A stretch of DNA of 64,000 nucleotides. It comes from Mizuhopecten yessoensis. Its lineage: Eukaryota. The position numbers and the translations under genes were made by a program. Location of the stretch: positions 1,512,732 through 1,576,731 of the forward strand of contig NW_018405113.1 of NCBI RefSeq assembly GCF_002113885.1, written 5' to 3'. The notes beneath the pieces are model-generated. The model ran no database searches, had not been told where the DNA came from, and saw only the letters and a program-made list of their open reading frames with translations. This document shows, piece after piece, positions 11,001 to 23,690 of this stretch. Each line of letters begins with the position of its first letter. Position 1 is the stretch's first letter.

Positions 11001-12397
11001 TTAACATGACTGAAATGAAGTCTTGGGTTCATACAGAAAATACTTTATTTGACGTTGTACAGGAAGGAATCCACGACAGCAGTGTCAGCATATTGCGCAT
11101 GTGCTATAAGCTCAAGTATGTAGGTTTACACACCACTGGAAGAGGAGTTAACTGGCCAATACAGGACGTTCTCTGTCATCTGGCTCTATTCCATCCCAGC
11201 CACAAGGAGTTTGATTACTACAATATGGAAAACATCAGTGACTACTGCAGACGAACGCCAGACAGTTTTCCTCTGAACACTGTTCTGTTAGACAGAAAAA
11301 ATACTTTGGTGCAAGAAACAATACGACGTAATGTTGAAAGCAGCGAGGACGAGGATACGGCAAAACTATCTGACGAAATATCCCGAGATCTCGGATTTGA
11401 CGAATACATGAAACTCCTGGGTAAATTTCCAGACGAGAAAGAGGTGTTGTGTAACATTGCCGAGATGTTTCCCCAAAGGTTCAAGTACGCTTTCTATGAC
11501 TTGGCAGACTTCAGACCAAGATCGACTTGTAGTCTTTTAACAACCGAAAAATTCGAACAACTCCAACTCGATGCAATAGAGACGAGGAATGAAATGAAAA
11601 GATATCAAATACTTCTGAGTCCAGATATTTTCAATACATATCTTAATAAAACAATACGCAAAGGCTTAAAGGATAACGTTCCCATCAGTTCCATCTTCCA
11701 AGATATCCGTCGGTCCTTAACTGTAGCCGATGTTAGGAGAAATGACAACTGGCCATTTAAGGAGATCCTCTGTGCTCTTGGATCTGTAGCCCCTTTGGAA
11801 ATGTACGTGTATGATCATTACCCTGTTGACGTCATAAGAAACCAGTGCCAGTCAGGTACGCTACTAACCTCTCAGCTTCAGGACATACTTTTAAAAAGGA
11901 AAGAGAATTTACTTGAACTCAATATAAGACGTTATGTAGACTTTGAGGAAGAAGAAAACCCAGAAGCAATGGTTAAAGAATTTTCTAATCTGCTGATGTC
12001 AGATTTGATTATGGAGTCCCTGGATATCAGCCCTACGGAACACGAGATGATATGCATGGTGGCCGATCTGTATCCTGGCAAGAAGGAGTACGGGATGTAC
12101 AGGCTTAACCAGTTCAGACCGATGGAGGTTTGTGAACAGATAACTGAACAGGGATTTCAAATTCTGACAGATGAAAGGGAGAGACGCAAATGGGAGGCAA
12201 TGCTTTCCAAGTATTGTTCCGATTCTGATGAACCTTGCTTTCCAATGACCCGCAAAACATCAGAAGATGGACCCCCCGCACAGCACTATTTTTCTCAGTC
12301 AGGGACATGGTCCTGCCATGCGACAAGGAATGTGTTCATCGTCATGGCCTTGTTCGCTTTGCAGTGTATAATGGAATGGATAAGCGTACATTTCTGA
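5086..12397 (+). CDS. Gene A: uncharacterised ~972-aa secreted/membrane-anchored precursor (signal peptide, acidic pro-piece, furin site, amphipathic peptide, coiled coils, 2 Cys-repeat domains, hydrophobic tail)
   Basis: Coding exons 5086-5149, 5941-6024, 6946-7041, 8103-8225, 9846-12397, all GT-AG, all phase 1, in frame (2919 nt). N-terminus MKMKFVYSLLLLMLVAVWAHP-DYSESDDDDG...KVRRKR/GIFGVAFRATATAAKTFIKALIKNVPRAVSSFSKIVGKVGKAM...ECPAVNICPLKEE. Exon positions are conserved in paralogue B. Confidence 0.88.
8762..9305. mobile_element. MITE with TTAA ends (Kolobok/piggyBac-type) in gene A intron
   Basis: ttaa-ggatgtactcttctgag ... ctcagaagagtacatcc-ttaa. A decayed copy at ~26768-27343 shows it predates the duplication. 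Confidence 0.75.
9570..9650 (-). mobile_element. tRNA-derived SINE head remnant
   Basis: Minus strand gtagctcaggtggtaagagc (A box) ... ggttcgaattc (B box). Mirror copy at ~26352-26425. Confidence 0.5.
9846..12397 (+). CDS. Large terminal coding exon of gene A (ORF-track 846 aa)
   Basis: Uninterrupted ORF. The acceptor cacag at 9841-9845 precedes the ORF-track GTG start at 9857. Confidence 0.93.
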
Positions 12398-13254
12398 GGT
12401 TTTTGTGATTGGTTTTGCATTAGCTAACTGCGTCTTTCAAACATGGCCTGCATACAATGGGTGTAATACAACTTGAGCATGTTGAAGTGTAAATATAGTG
12501 TTGTATTCTGTTTATTTCTACCTAAATATCTGGGTTATTAAATATGCCTGGAAATATTTGGGATAAATATTAATAAAGAGTGTGAGCAAACCAATAATGT
12601 TTTATTGGTTTTTAATGGCAGGGAGAATACAGTGTGTAAAGCATTTTTACGTCATCATTGGTAGAATTACTATAAATATCTTGGAGATTGTTATCAATGA
12701 AATATATCAACATTTGTTAATCAATTAATTAACATTGGATTAAATGGAGGGACATTGTTACGATTTGTCCATTTAATGAATAACACAGATATTTTTATAC
12801 GATAGAGAGGGTGTCTCCGAGGATAAGGATAATGATGCTTCTCATACCAACCCTTTCCTCGGAACTCTCACTAGATTTAACAAGGTTTAATCTTACATTT
12901 TTTCATCATTGCCTCTTTGTTTAAATAACAATAAATATGTACGTATCTTGTATCTAATATGTTTGCTGATTTTTGTATTAATTATTCAACAGACTTTATT
13001 AACACTTATAAATTAGGGCTATTCAATACTGTCAGTGCCTGGAAATATTTGGGATAATATTAATAAAGTGTGTGAGCAAACCAATGATGTTTTATTGGTT
13101 TTTAATGGCAGGGAGAATACAGTGTTTAAAGCATTTTTACGTCATCATTGGTAGAATTACTATATGTATTTATCCACTGACAAGATATCATTTGGAACAG
13201 CAACTTTATGAGATACATCATTTTTTAATAAGATATGTGATTGAGTTCTAAGTT

Positions 13255-13410
13255 CAAAGTCATTAATCAGTCAATCATTTATAAGTCAATCTTTCTCAGT
13301 GAATCATTTATCAGTCAATCATTTATTAGTCAATCTTTATCAGGGAATCATATATCAGTCAAACATTAAATTACCAACATTAATTATCGAACATTAATCA
13401 ATCAATCATT
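13255..13410. repeat. Degenerate ~15-bp minisatellite (cagtcaatcatttat)
   Basis: Visible periodicity. Mirror copy with more units at ~22750-22925. Confidence 0.7.
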
Positions 13411-15299
13411 TAACAAAGTGAAGATAATGAGGCATGACAAGCTGACTTTGCATAAAAAGAACCAATCATTTTTTTTTCAAAGAGATCTTATATTGAGACA
13501 TCCCCTGTCCAAAGTATATACTTGCTGAGTAAGAATTGAAGACTGATGACGCACAAACATTGTATGATTGACCTTCTGTTAACAAGGGTAAAGAAAGAAC
13601 ATTTTTCTTGCAGTGATTGATGGTTCTTTACTTGTAGTCAACTTGAAGATAATATGAAAGTAAAGAAAGTAAATGTATAGGGTAACAGTTGTCATTGTTT
13701 AATTTTTTTTAAAACATTTGTTACCCAGTGTGTAATGTTTGTTTTTATCTATGTATATATTTGTAGTAGATATCAATAATTGAACTCATTTCCTATGAAA
13801 GTTCGGGGAAAGAACAACCTTGATAACATGATTATATCACATTACTGCATGTATGTATTTTATTTACTGTACTTATCATCATATTAAAATTTCATATTTT
13901 TTTCAAATGTTGTCCATATTATTCCTAAACAGCTTTATAAGCCAACCAAAATATTACTCTTTTGTCAGCTCAAAGTGACAGGTGAGCTTAGTACAAATAT
14001 TAGTCAACATGAACACTGACAGATCCTCCCCCTACCACACCTACCTCCACCCCTTGTACCGTTTTAGTGCCAGTTCCCTTGACATTGACCTTCAAATATT
14101 TTAAACCCGGTTGCACATCGACGTATCACAGTTCATCACCATGTCAAAATTCAAAAGGATTAGTCTTTTAGAATTTCAGATAAATTATCCGAAAACAAAA
14201 GTGTGGCTGGCCTCCATGTGGGGCCCCTTAAATAAAAAAATGATTGGGAAGCAGGCAATGTCTATGTAAGCCGTCTCCGAGTAACACATAGTGCTATCAA
14301 ATTGCTTTGACCACCTCTCAATGTCATTTGGATCAAATGGTTTAAATTGATGTTGAAAGTGAGTCAAGATTAGTTATCTAAATTTCTTAGAAATTATCAA
14401 TTTAAATACATTTCAATAAATTTGATGATAGAAATTTGATACAACTGAAACCACATAAGGGAGACCTACCTCAAAAATGACACAACTGACAGGGATAGAA
14501 TTTAAAATAAAACGTTGCACAGATCCCACTAAATTGTTTAATTAAACATAGATAGATATCACACACACTTATACATAATTACGTACTTAAGGCTGTATGC
14601 TATCTTAGTGTGACAGTCATATACTTTACAAAAGAGTTCCGGACAGGACACATTTAAAAGACAAACAATAATGTAGGCAATGATGATTTTTCTAATTACA
14701 AAATTAAAGGAATACAATTCTAATACAAATCAGAGGTAGAATCTAGAAGGTAGCATATGTCCTTAATTCGTACACAAACGACTAATTACAAGTATAAGAT
14801 GTAATATAACATGTATCCTTAACTCTTACACATATCACAGGTATATTGTGTTCGATAGCATTATATCTTAACTCTAACAGAAAATGAGGACTTCTTTGTG
14901 GAAACCAAAGTGTCAAAAGGGAATGTTTGAGTTTTGGTGAACCCGACGCCGGCTGTTGGTCTTTTTACAATTTATTGGTAGTTTTGCTTCTGACATCCGT
15001 CCGCCATTACGCGCATGTGCACTTTCCCCACCTTACTTTAAGGGCTTAAAGGGGCAGATCCAGACATTTTCAGAGGGATGTCACCATTCCAGATTTCCGG
15101 TTTATTTTGCGACGAATGCGATCTGAACGATATTTAATGTTGCGCAAAATTAAGTTATATACCGGTCTCTGCCCTAACCTTTTCAAGGTTCTATATTTTA
15201 ATCTTTCTTGATTTGTTTTCTTCTTTTGTTTATTAGTTAAATGCCCGAGTGGAATGAATAATTAATATATATATATTAATTTTGATAATTTATTTATCT

Positions 15300-17830
15300 A
15301 AATTTTCTTAAGAAAATACTTTTCCCTTCATCCTAGACAATATTATTATATCTGAACAAGACATTAACGATCAACTGTTTCTACTTAATGATGAAAAAAA
15401 CCTCCTGGCCCAGATGGCATGATACCCAAGATAATAAAGAAATTAGCACCTTCTCTAATATGTCCTCTAACCTTACTTTGTGATAAGACCATTGAATTTG
15501 GTATTATACCTCTTTCTAGGAAAACAGCTAATAGTAATGCAATATACAAAGGTAAGGGTGCTCAAAATGATGTCTCTAACTATAGGCCAACTATTATATC
15601 ATATCAATTTATAGCATCATAGGTTAGCATAATTGTTGAAAACTTTTAAATATATGTTTAAATATATGTAAGAATGTGATATCATAACGAAACACCAATC
15701 AGACATTTTACCAAGAGACTCAACAGTAAACCAGTTATTATATCTATATATGACACTATTGTAAATAACTTGGATCAAAATAATGAAATCAGATTTGTAT
15801 TTTGGGTTGTTAGTAAGGCGTTTGATAGATTTTGGCAGGAGGGTGTACTTTTTAAATTGGACTCCTATGACATAAAAGGGATAACATTGCAATGGTTTAG
15901 TAATTATCTTTCTGATAGAAAACACAGAGTATCAACAGAGGGGTTTTATTCAACTTTTAAGCAAGTCAAAGCCGATGTACTTCAAGGCTCGGTCCTCGAT
16001 CCGTTTCTTTTTTTAATCTATATTAATGATATAACAGAGTGTGTAACAAGTAAAATAAAACTTTTTTCGGATGCTACTTCTCCCTATGAAGTAATAGACA
16101 ACAATTAAAATGAAATTGCAGTGAACTTAACCAATGATATAGGTTCTATTAATGCATGGGCAAAAAAATGGGATATCAAATTTAATTCACTGAAAACTGA
16201 ATCTGTAATTTTCTCAAGGAAAAGGGGACCAAATCATCAAGATATTTTATTTGGTAATGAAACTGTAACTAAAATGGACATATCATATTAACAATATTTA
16301 TGAGCTAGCCTATACAAGAATGAATATATCGAGAATGTTAAAACAGTGGATAGAAAATGTCTTACAACAATATATACCTCTTTTACGAAACCAATACTTG
16401 AATATGGGGATGTAGTATGTGACACCTGTAGTAACCAAAATAAAAATATTCTAGAATCAATCCAGCTAGAGGCACATGAATGCATAGAGGAACCTCACAT
16501 AGTAAGTTCTATGCAGAAACTGGACTGAAGCACTTTCTTGTAGGCGAAAAAGTCATTAACTTGTACTTATGTTCTAAATTTTAAATAATAAATCGCCTAA
16601 GTACTTAGAAGACATCATTGAACCATACCATTATAACAATATAAATATAAGATATCCACTAAGAAATAGCCGTATTTTTAATCCCCCATTTTGTAGAACT
16701 GAGAATTGTTTCAATAGTTTTTTTTCTCATTGTGTAGTGAATTTAACCGTCTATCTGCTTAAACTTTTAAATGCTACCTCCATACAACAATTTAATCATC
16801 AAGTCTGATAATGTAAACAACAAAAAAGAAATTGCTAGCACATTAAATATTATGGGACGAGAACATTTAATATCATAACTTGTCAGCTTAGAATTCATGC
16901 TAGCAACCTAAATAGTGACTTGTATATGGATCATCTGAATGACACACCAGCATGTCGATGTGGACATGAACATGAACATGCATTTCATTTTATATTTGAA
17001 TGCCCACTTTATAATAACATTAGAATGCGATAAGTACAAAACATTTCTTAATTTGGTATAACTGATAACCATGATCATTTTAATCTGAAAACTCTATTAA
17101 ATGGGTGCATAATATGCTGCACTGATACCAACAAAATACATTTACAAAACATATCTGACTATAGACTTGATATGTAATCTCAATCACAATCACACTTTAC
17201 ATTGAAGTGATGCTAATATGTATAGTGTCACTCTGCTGATAGATATTGATACTGGTGTATATCTATCTTCACAACATCTCTGATATTTGACTTGACCGGA
17301 TGTAATTTATAATTACTACTGTTAACCCTGTTCTAGTCATTTTATAGTTACATTATAATTATATAGTGATTTGTTAGCTAACTTACAGAATCAACTCCAA
17401 TAATAGATAATGATAACTACATTTCCCATATGAAACCATATCATATTCTCAATTTTTTTTACAAAATGTGTATTTCTTGGTAACTTATCCTATATGTCCA
17501 GTTGGTGGATGGCCAATGTGTTTATATATACACAGGGACTTTTGGGCCAGTATCCCTTGGATTTTATGTAGGATGGGTTGTCAACAAATATACTGGATTG
17601 ATTTTAGTTGTTAATTTCCAAAACATAAACAGGAATGGATTTAATAATAATTGATTTTTTTTTTAAGTTTATAAGCTAAATTGTAGTTAGCTCCCCTACA
17701 CTGTTTATTTGGATTGTTATGACAGAATAAATGTAATGTTTGTAAATAAGTTTGGAAAGGACTTAAATAGGTCTAGCCTGATGTCCAATCCAATTGACAT
17801 ATATAAAGTTAATAAAATCTGTTGAAATTG
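15300..17830 (+). mobile_element. Decayed CR1/L2-clade LINE (RT remnant) in the spacer
   Basis: PGPDG, NYRP, SKAFDRFW, LQGSVLDPFLFLIYINDI..KLFSDATS (degenerate F/YADD), KPILEYGDVV, and a terminal CxCG..H...C motif near 16950-17010. Many stops and frameshifts. Confidence 0.88.
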
Positions 17831-17969
17831 AATATAAAGCAAATTATTCAAAGTATTTTCTGTTGTACATTAAATCACTTATTCTAAGTTAACCTCGTGT
17901 ATGGCTGGTGTACTGTAATTAAATCTGTATGATGATGAACGTTAGACCAATAGATGTTCCCTCCACTAC

Positions 17970-18700
17970 CCTGTTTATGTAATGTTAAATCAGAAATCAT
18001 ATCATTCGTATACGATTGACTGGAATATAAATAAAGTAAATGTATTTATAAAAAAGTTCATTGAAAGTATGGCATGCCTATCTTTTTGTTTCTGCAACAA
18101 ACTGAAAGCTACGACCTGAATACGTGTCGTTGATATACAATAAGCACGACCTCAGATAATGAGAGTCGTACTGAAATCAAATCAGCAGGGTTTTGGTAAG
18201 ACTAATTACTTAAATCATAGCAGCTCAATTCCCCAAATCATACACATGTCAATTTCCGTTATTGGGAAAACCAATGGCTGCGTTACCTAGATTGAAGAGT
18301 AATTGTTAGATAATGTGTGATTCCACAGATTGGTAGTTAACAGAAATGTGTACAATTCGTGATACAACAGTATATTATACAGCATTAAAGTAATTTTTTA
18401 CAGTAGAGAAATATATACAGTTGTTTTTGAACCAGAAAGTATAAAAGACAAAACAAGATTATGGGAACAGATTGTGGGTGGCCATTACAAATGTTTCTAT
18501 CTTCTGATCTTTTTCTCTTTCTGTAAATTACATAATGTCATATTTTTTAGGTAAATCGGTCACTTCCAGGCGCTTATCTCATTTCTATTGTACAATTCCG
18601 TGATTTATAAATATTAGCTATGTCATTTCCTAAAAGTTATAAATAGTATTTTCATTCATGAGAAAGATACGTCAAGACATCATTTCCCATAACTTTTTTT
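17970..18700 (+). repeat. Direct-orientation homologue of gene C intron sequence
   Basis: Collinear blocks match 38707-38790, 39477-39570, ~39920-39940, 40100-40170 and 40862-41190. Confidence 0.85.
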
Positions 18701-19569
18701 TTTCTTTTTTTAAGCACTGAGAAAAAAATGTGACACGTGATTTCATCATAACAAAAACCAAAACAGGACTTTATGTACGATGTTAGACGAATTATATGTC
18801 TTATCATCTCTTAATGAATCTAAACAATATATTTTACATGTTTGTAGCAATAACCATCTTATGTTGTCGTATTTGAAATAAAAAAAAAAATATTGTTAGA
18901 GCATTATTATTTATACCCAATATTTACACTAATAAAAAATTGACATTAAACAATTATTAATGATAATAACCAAGAATATACAATATGAAAACAAAAACCA
19001 AGTAAAACAAACCGAATATTATATTTTACAGAATTAGAAAATTAACAATAATTTAAATAATATTGTACTTTGCTTCTGTGATTCTGATAGCATAGCTTTA
19101 ACACAAAATATAACTGCGCCGGTTCTGTGATGATTAATATTTCTTTCTCTTTCATCATGGTGCTTTTAATTTGTTTGATTTCTTTTTCTTTTTTGAAGAT
19201 ATCAGACAATTTGGTGCTAGGTTTAAAGGTCTCATATGTCTTTTTCTTTAATAAATCAATGAATCAACCAGGAAAACCGATCAGTTATATTTAACTCATT
19301 CATTCTTTCTTTCTGTCATATTTACTCATTCATCCTTTCATACCCTCATGTTCACTAATACATTCTTTCATGAACTCATATTCAATAATTCATTCATTCT
19401 ATCATTCATTCAGTCACTTATTTATTTACTTTTTTGCTCAATTATTTAATGTCATTCAATGTATACATCCTTAATTGTTTTTAATTGTTTTTCATGTACA
19501 TTTGTTTGTTCGCTTGTACACGTACATATACGAGCGACAAGGAAAATTCACTAAAGAAAGGAGGAGTCA

Positions 19570-20560
19570 TGGACATGTAATCATTAACATGTAGATATTT
19601 GGTAACAAGGTCATTGACATGTAAGTGATGAGTAACAGAATCATTTACATGTATCAGGGTCATTGACATGTATGGGTAATAGGGTCATTGACATGCAAGT
19701 AATGGATAATAGAGTCATGCAATTGCATGTTATGGGTAACGGGGTTATTGACATGTAAGTTATGGGTAACAGGGTTATTGACATGTAAGTTAGGGGTAAT
19801 AGGGTCATAGACATGCATGTTATAGGTTACAGGGTTATTGACATGTATATTATGAGTTAGAGTCATTGACATTTAAGTTATTTGTAACAAGGTCAATGAA
19901 ATGTTAGCTTTTGGTGTAAGGGTCATTAAAATGTAAGTTGTAGGTAACTGGGTCATTCACATGTAAGTTTTGGTAACAGGGTTATAAACATTTAAATAGT
20001 TGGTAACATGTCATTCACATGTATGTTGTGGATAACTGGGTCATTCACACGTAAGCAATTGGTAATATGATCATTGACATGTAAGTTTTTGGGAAATATG
20101 AACATGGCCATGTAAGTTTTTGGGTAACAGGGTTATGGACCTGTAAGTGAAAGGTAACAGGTTTATGGACATCTAAGTTATGGGTAACAAGGTTATTGAC
20201 ATGCAAGTTATTAGAAACAGGGTCATTGCCATTGTGAGTTATGGGTAATGCGTCATTTACATGTAAGTTAAGGATAACAGGGATATTGACATGTAAGTTA
20301 TCATTAATATGGCCATTACCATGTAAGTTATGAATAACAAGGTTATTGACATGTAAGCGATTAATAACAAGGTTATGGACATATAAGTTATGTGTAACAG
20401 GGTTATTGACAGGTAAGTTACGGGTAACAGGGTTATTGACATGTAAGTTACGGGTAACAGTCATTGCCATATAAGTTATTGGCAACTGAGTCATTGACAT
20501 ATAAGTTATGGTTAATAGTGTGATTGATATGAACCTTAAGGGAAACAGGATGACATGACA
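19570..20560. repeat. 30-bp minisatellite (gggtaacagggttattgacatgtaagttat), ~33 degenerate units
   Basis: Direct periodicity. Produces spurious 10-aa-period ORFs (NNPVTHNLHV). Confidence 0.92.
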
Positions 20561-23500
20561 TGAAGTTATTCCATTGTAAAATATGATCAATAATGTTGTT
20601 TGATAGGTTGTGTAATCACCTTTTTTTTGTTGTGACAAGGAACGTAACAGTGCAGTCATGTGCAAATCAAATGAGAAGAGTTTTAACGTATGTATTAAAT
20701 GTCTGACATATGTCGTTGCTGTAGAGATGTAGCCAGTGTGTTCAAGCTAGGCAGTAGCTATGAAGTGGAACCCCCACCAGTCAATAAAGAAGACCAACTC
20801 CTGTTTCATAAATACGTCATGTGTGGAAAGAAAGGCGCAACTAACCCTTCAAAGGACCAAATCAGAAATTTACGATGAATTCTTCACCAAGAAAACTTTC
20901 GTAATGACACTTCTACTGCTTTCAATGAGTAATTGGATTATCTCTATTTCAAGTAGAAGGTTATCCTTTCCCTCCCATGGAAAAAAAATAGGAAAGGAAG
21001 CATTTGTATCAGACACATTTTTTCAAAGTGTAACAGAAACCTAAAATCAGTGCAGGAGGAAACAATACAAAGTGGTGGATCCAGTTCGGCAATGTGGGAG
21101 TATCTTTTAGATTATAAAAAATGATTTTGAGGTATCTTAACCTCATGCATAAAGTCGTTCTTTGTTAGAAATTCTGTATTTACATGTCAGTATTCATTAA
21201 CCCACCTACCCACCCCGTTTAGAGATCCTAGGCCTTCCAGATTATAGAAAAAATGTGGATTGAGCTCAGTATCCACGCTTGACCATGGGTAAAAATCATT
21301 CCACAAAGAAGTCCACATGTTCTGTTTTACACCTGTTAGGGTTCAGATTTAATGCTATCGAACACAATATACCTGTGATATGTGTAAGAGTAAAGGACAT
21401 ATGCTACCTTCTAGATTCTACCTCTGATTTGTATTAGAATTGTATTCCTTTATTTTTGTAATTGGCCTACATTATTGTTTGTCTTTTAAATGTGTCCTGA
21501 CCGGAACTCTTTTGTAAAGTGTATGACTGTCACAGTAAGATAGCATACAGCCTTAAGTACGTAAGTATGTATAAGTGTATGTGATATTTATCTATGTTTA
21601 ATTTTAAACAATTTAGTTGGATCTGCGCAACGTTTTTTTCTTTAAATTCTCTATTCCTGTCAGCTGTGTCACTTTTGAGGTAGGTCTCCCTTATGTGGTT
21701 TCAGTTGTATCAAATTGATTGAAATGTATTTAAATTGATAATTTCTAAGAAATTTAGATAAATAATCTTGACTCACTTTCAACGTCAATTTTAAACATTT
21801 GATCCAAATGACATTGAGAGGTGGTCAAAGTAATTTGATAGCACTATGTGTTACTTGGAGACGGCTTACATAGACATTGCCTGCTTCCCAATCATTTTCT
21901 TATATAAGGGGCCCACATGGAGGCCAGCCACACTTTTGTTTCCGGATAATTTATCTGAAAATCTAAAAGACTAATCCTTTTGATTTTTGACATGGTGATG
22001 AACTGTGATATGTCGATGTGCAACCGGGTTTTAAATATTTGAAGGTCAATGTCAAGGGAACTGGCACTAAAACAGTCCAAGGGTGGGTGTGGGGGGAGTA
22101 GGTGTGGTTGGGGAGGATCTGTCAGTGTTCATGTTGACTAATATTCGTATTCAGCCCACTTGGCACTTTGACAAAAGAGTAATATTTAGTTGGCTTATAA
22201 AGCTGTATAGGAATAATATTGACAACATTGAAAAAATATAAAATTTTAATATGATGATAAGTACAGTAAATAAAATACATACATGCAGTAATGTGATATA
22301 ATCATGTTACCAAGATTGTTCTTTCCCCGAACTTTCATAGGAAATGAGTTCAATTATTTAAAGCTACTACAAATATCTACATAGATAAAAGAAAAAGAAA
22401 AAAAAAGTGTGTATACAATAACACACTGGGAAACATATGTTTTTAAACAGTTTAAACATTGACAACTGTTACCCTATATATTAATTTTCTTTGCTTTCAT
22501 ATTATCTTCAAGTTGACTACAAGTAAAGAACCATCAATCACTGCAAGAAAAATGTTCTTTCTTTACCCTTGTTAACAGAAGGTCATTCATACAATGTTTG
22601 TGCGTCATCCGTCTTCAATTCTTACTCGGCTATTATATACTTTTGACAGGGGATGTCTCAATATAAGATCTATTTAAACAAAGGTTTAGTTGGTTCTTTT
22701 TATGCAAAGTCAGCTTGTCATTCCTCATTAGCTTCACTTTGTTAAATGATAAGATTAATGTTCGATAATTAATGTTCGGTTACTTAATGATTGACTGATA
22801 AATGATTCCTTGATAAAAATTGACTGATAAATGATTGACTGATAAATGATTGACTGATTAATGATTGACTGATTAATGATTCACTGAGAAAGATTGACTT
22901 ATAAATGATTGACTGATTAATGACTTTGAACTTAGAACTCAATCACATGTCTTATTAAAAAGTTAAATATCTCATAAAGTTGCTGTTCCAAATGATATCT
23001 TGTCAGTGGATAAATACATATAGTAATTCTACCATTGATGATGTAAAAATGCTTTAAACACTGTATTCTCCCTGCCATTAAAAACCAATAAAACATCATT
23101 GGTTTGCTCACACTTTATTAATATTTATCCCAAATATTTCTAGGCACTGACAATATTGTATAGCCCTAATTTATAAGTGTTAATAAAGTCTGTTGAATAA
23201 TTAATACAAAAATCAGCAAACATATTAGATACAAGATACGTACATATTTATTGTTATTTAAACAAAGAAGCAATGATAAAAAAATGTAAGATTATACCGT
23301 GTTAAATCTAGTGAGAGTTCCGAGGAAAGGGTTGGAATGAGAAGCATCATTATCCTTATCCTCGTCAGTGCTCATAATAACACCCTAGACACCCTCTCTA
23401 TCGTCACAAGGCTATCGTATAACAATATCCGTGTTATTCATTACATGGAAAGATCGTAACAATGTCCCTCCATTTAATCCAATGTTAATTAATTGATTAA

Positions 23501-23690
23501 CAAATGTTAATATCTTTAATTGATAACAATCTCCAAGATATTTAGGTAGAAATAAACAGAATAAAACACTATATTTACACTTCAACATGCTCAAGTTGTA
23601 TTACACCCATGATAAGCAGGCCATGTTTGAAAAACGCAGTTAGCTAATGCAAAACTATTCACAAAAACCTCAGAAATGTACGTTTATCCA

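Larger units (their letters stand above)
733..14868 (+). repeat. Left arm of large inverted segmental duplication
   Basis: 733-1455 matches rc of 37720-38455; 1467-2680 matches rc of 32140-33240; 5030-14868 matches rc of 21345-31185. ORF-track pairs (e.g. 6756+/29156-, 7782+/28226-, 9857+/23691-) confirm this. Confidence 0.95.

Noticed and set aside
10771-11484. Antisense ORFs conserved in both arms
   Set aside because: Shadows of the long sense ORFs; conservation follows from the duplication.
19481-20665. His/Asn-rich repeat ORFs up to 206 aa
   Set aside because: Translation of the 30-bp minisatellite; no splice or start context.
20760-21044. Possible decayed exon (minus-strand IESSRSVI faintly TIR-like) and 94-aa plus-strand ORF
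   Set aside because: Stops in the relevant frames and too little similarity to support a call.
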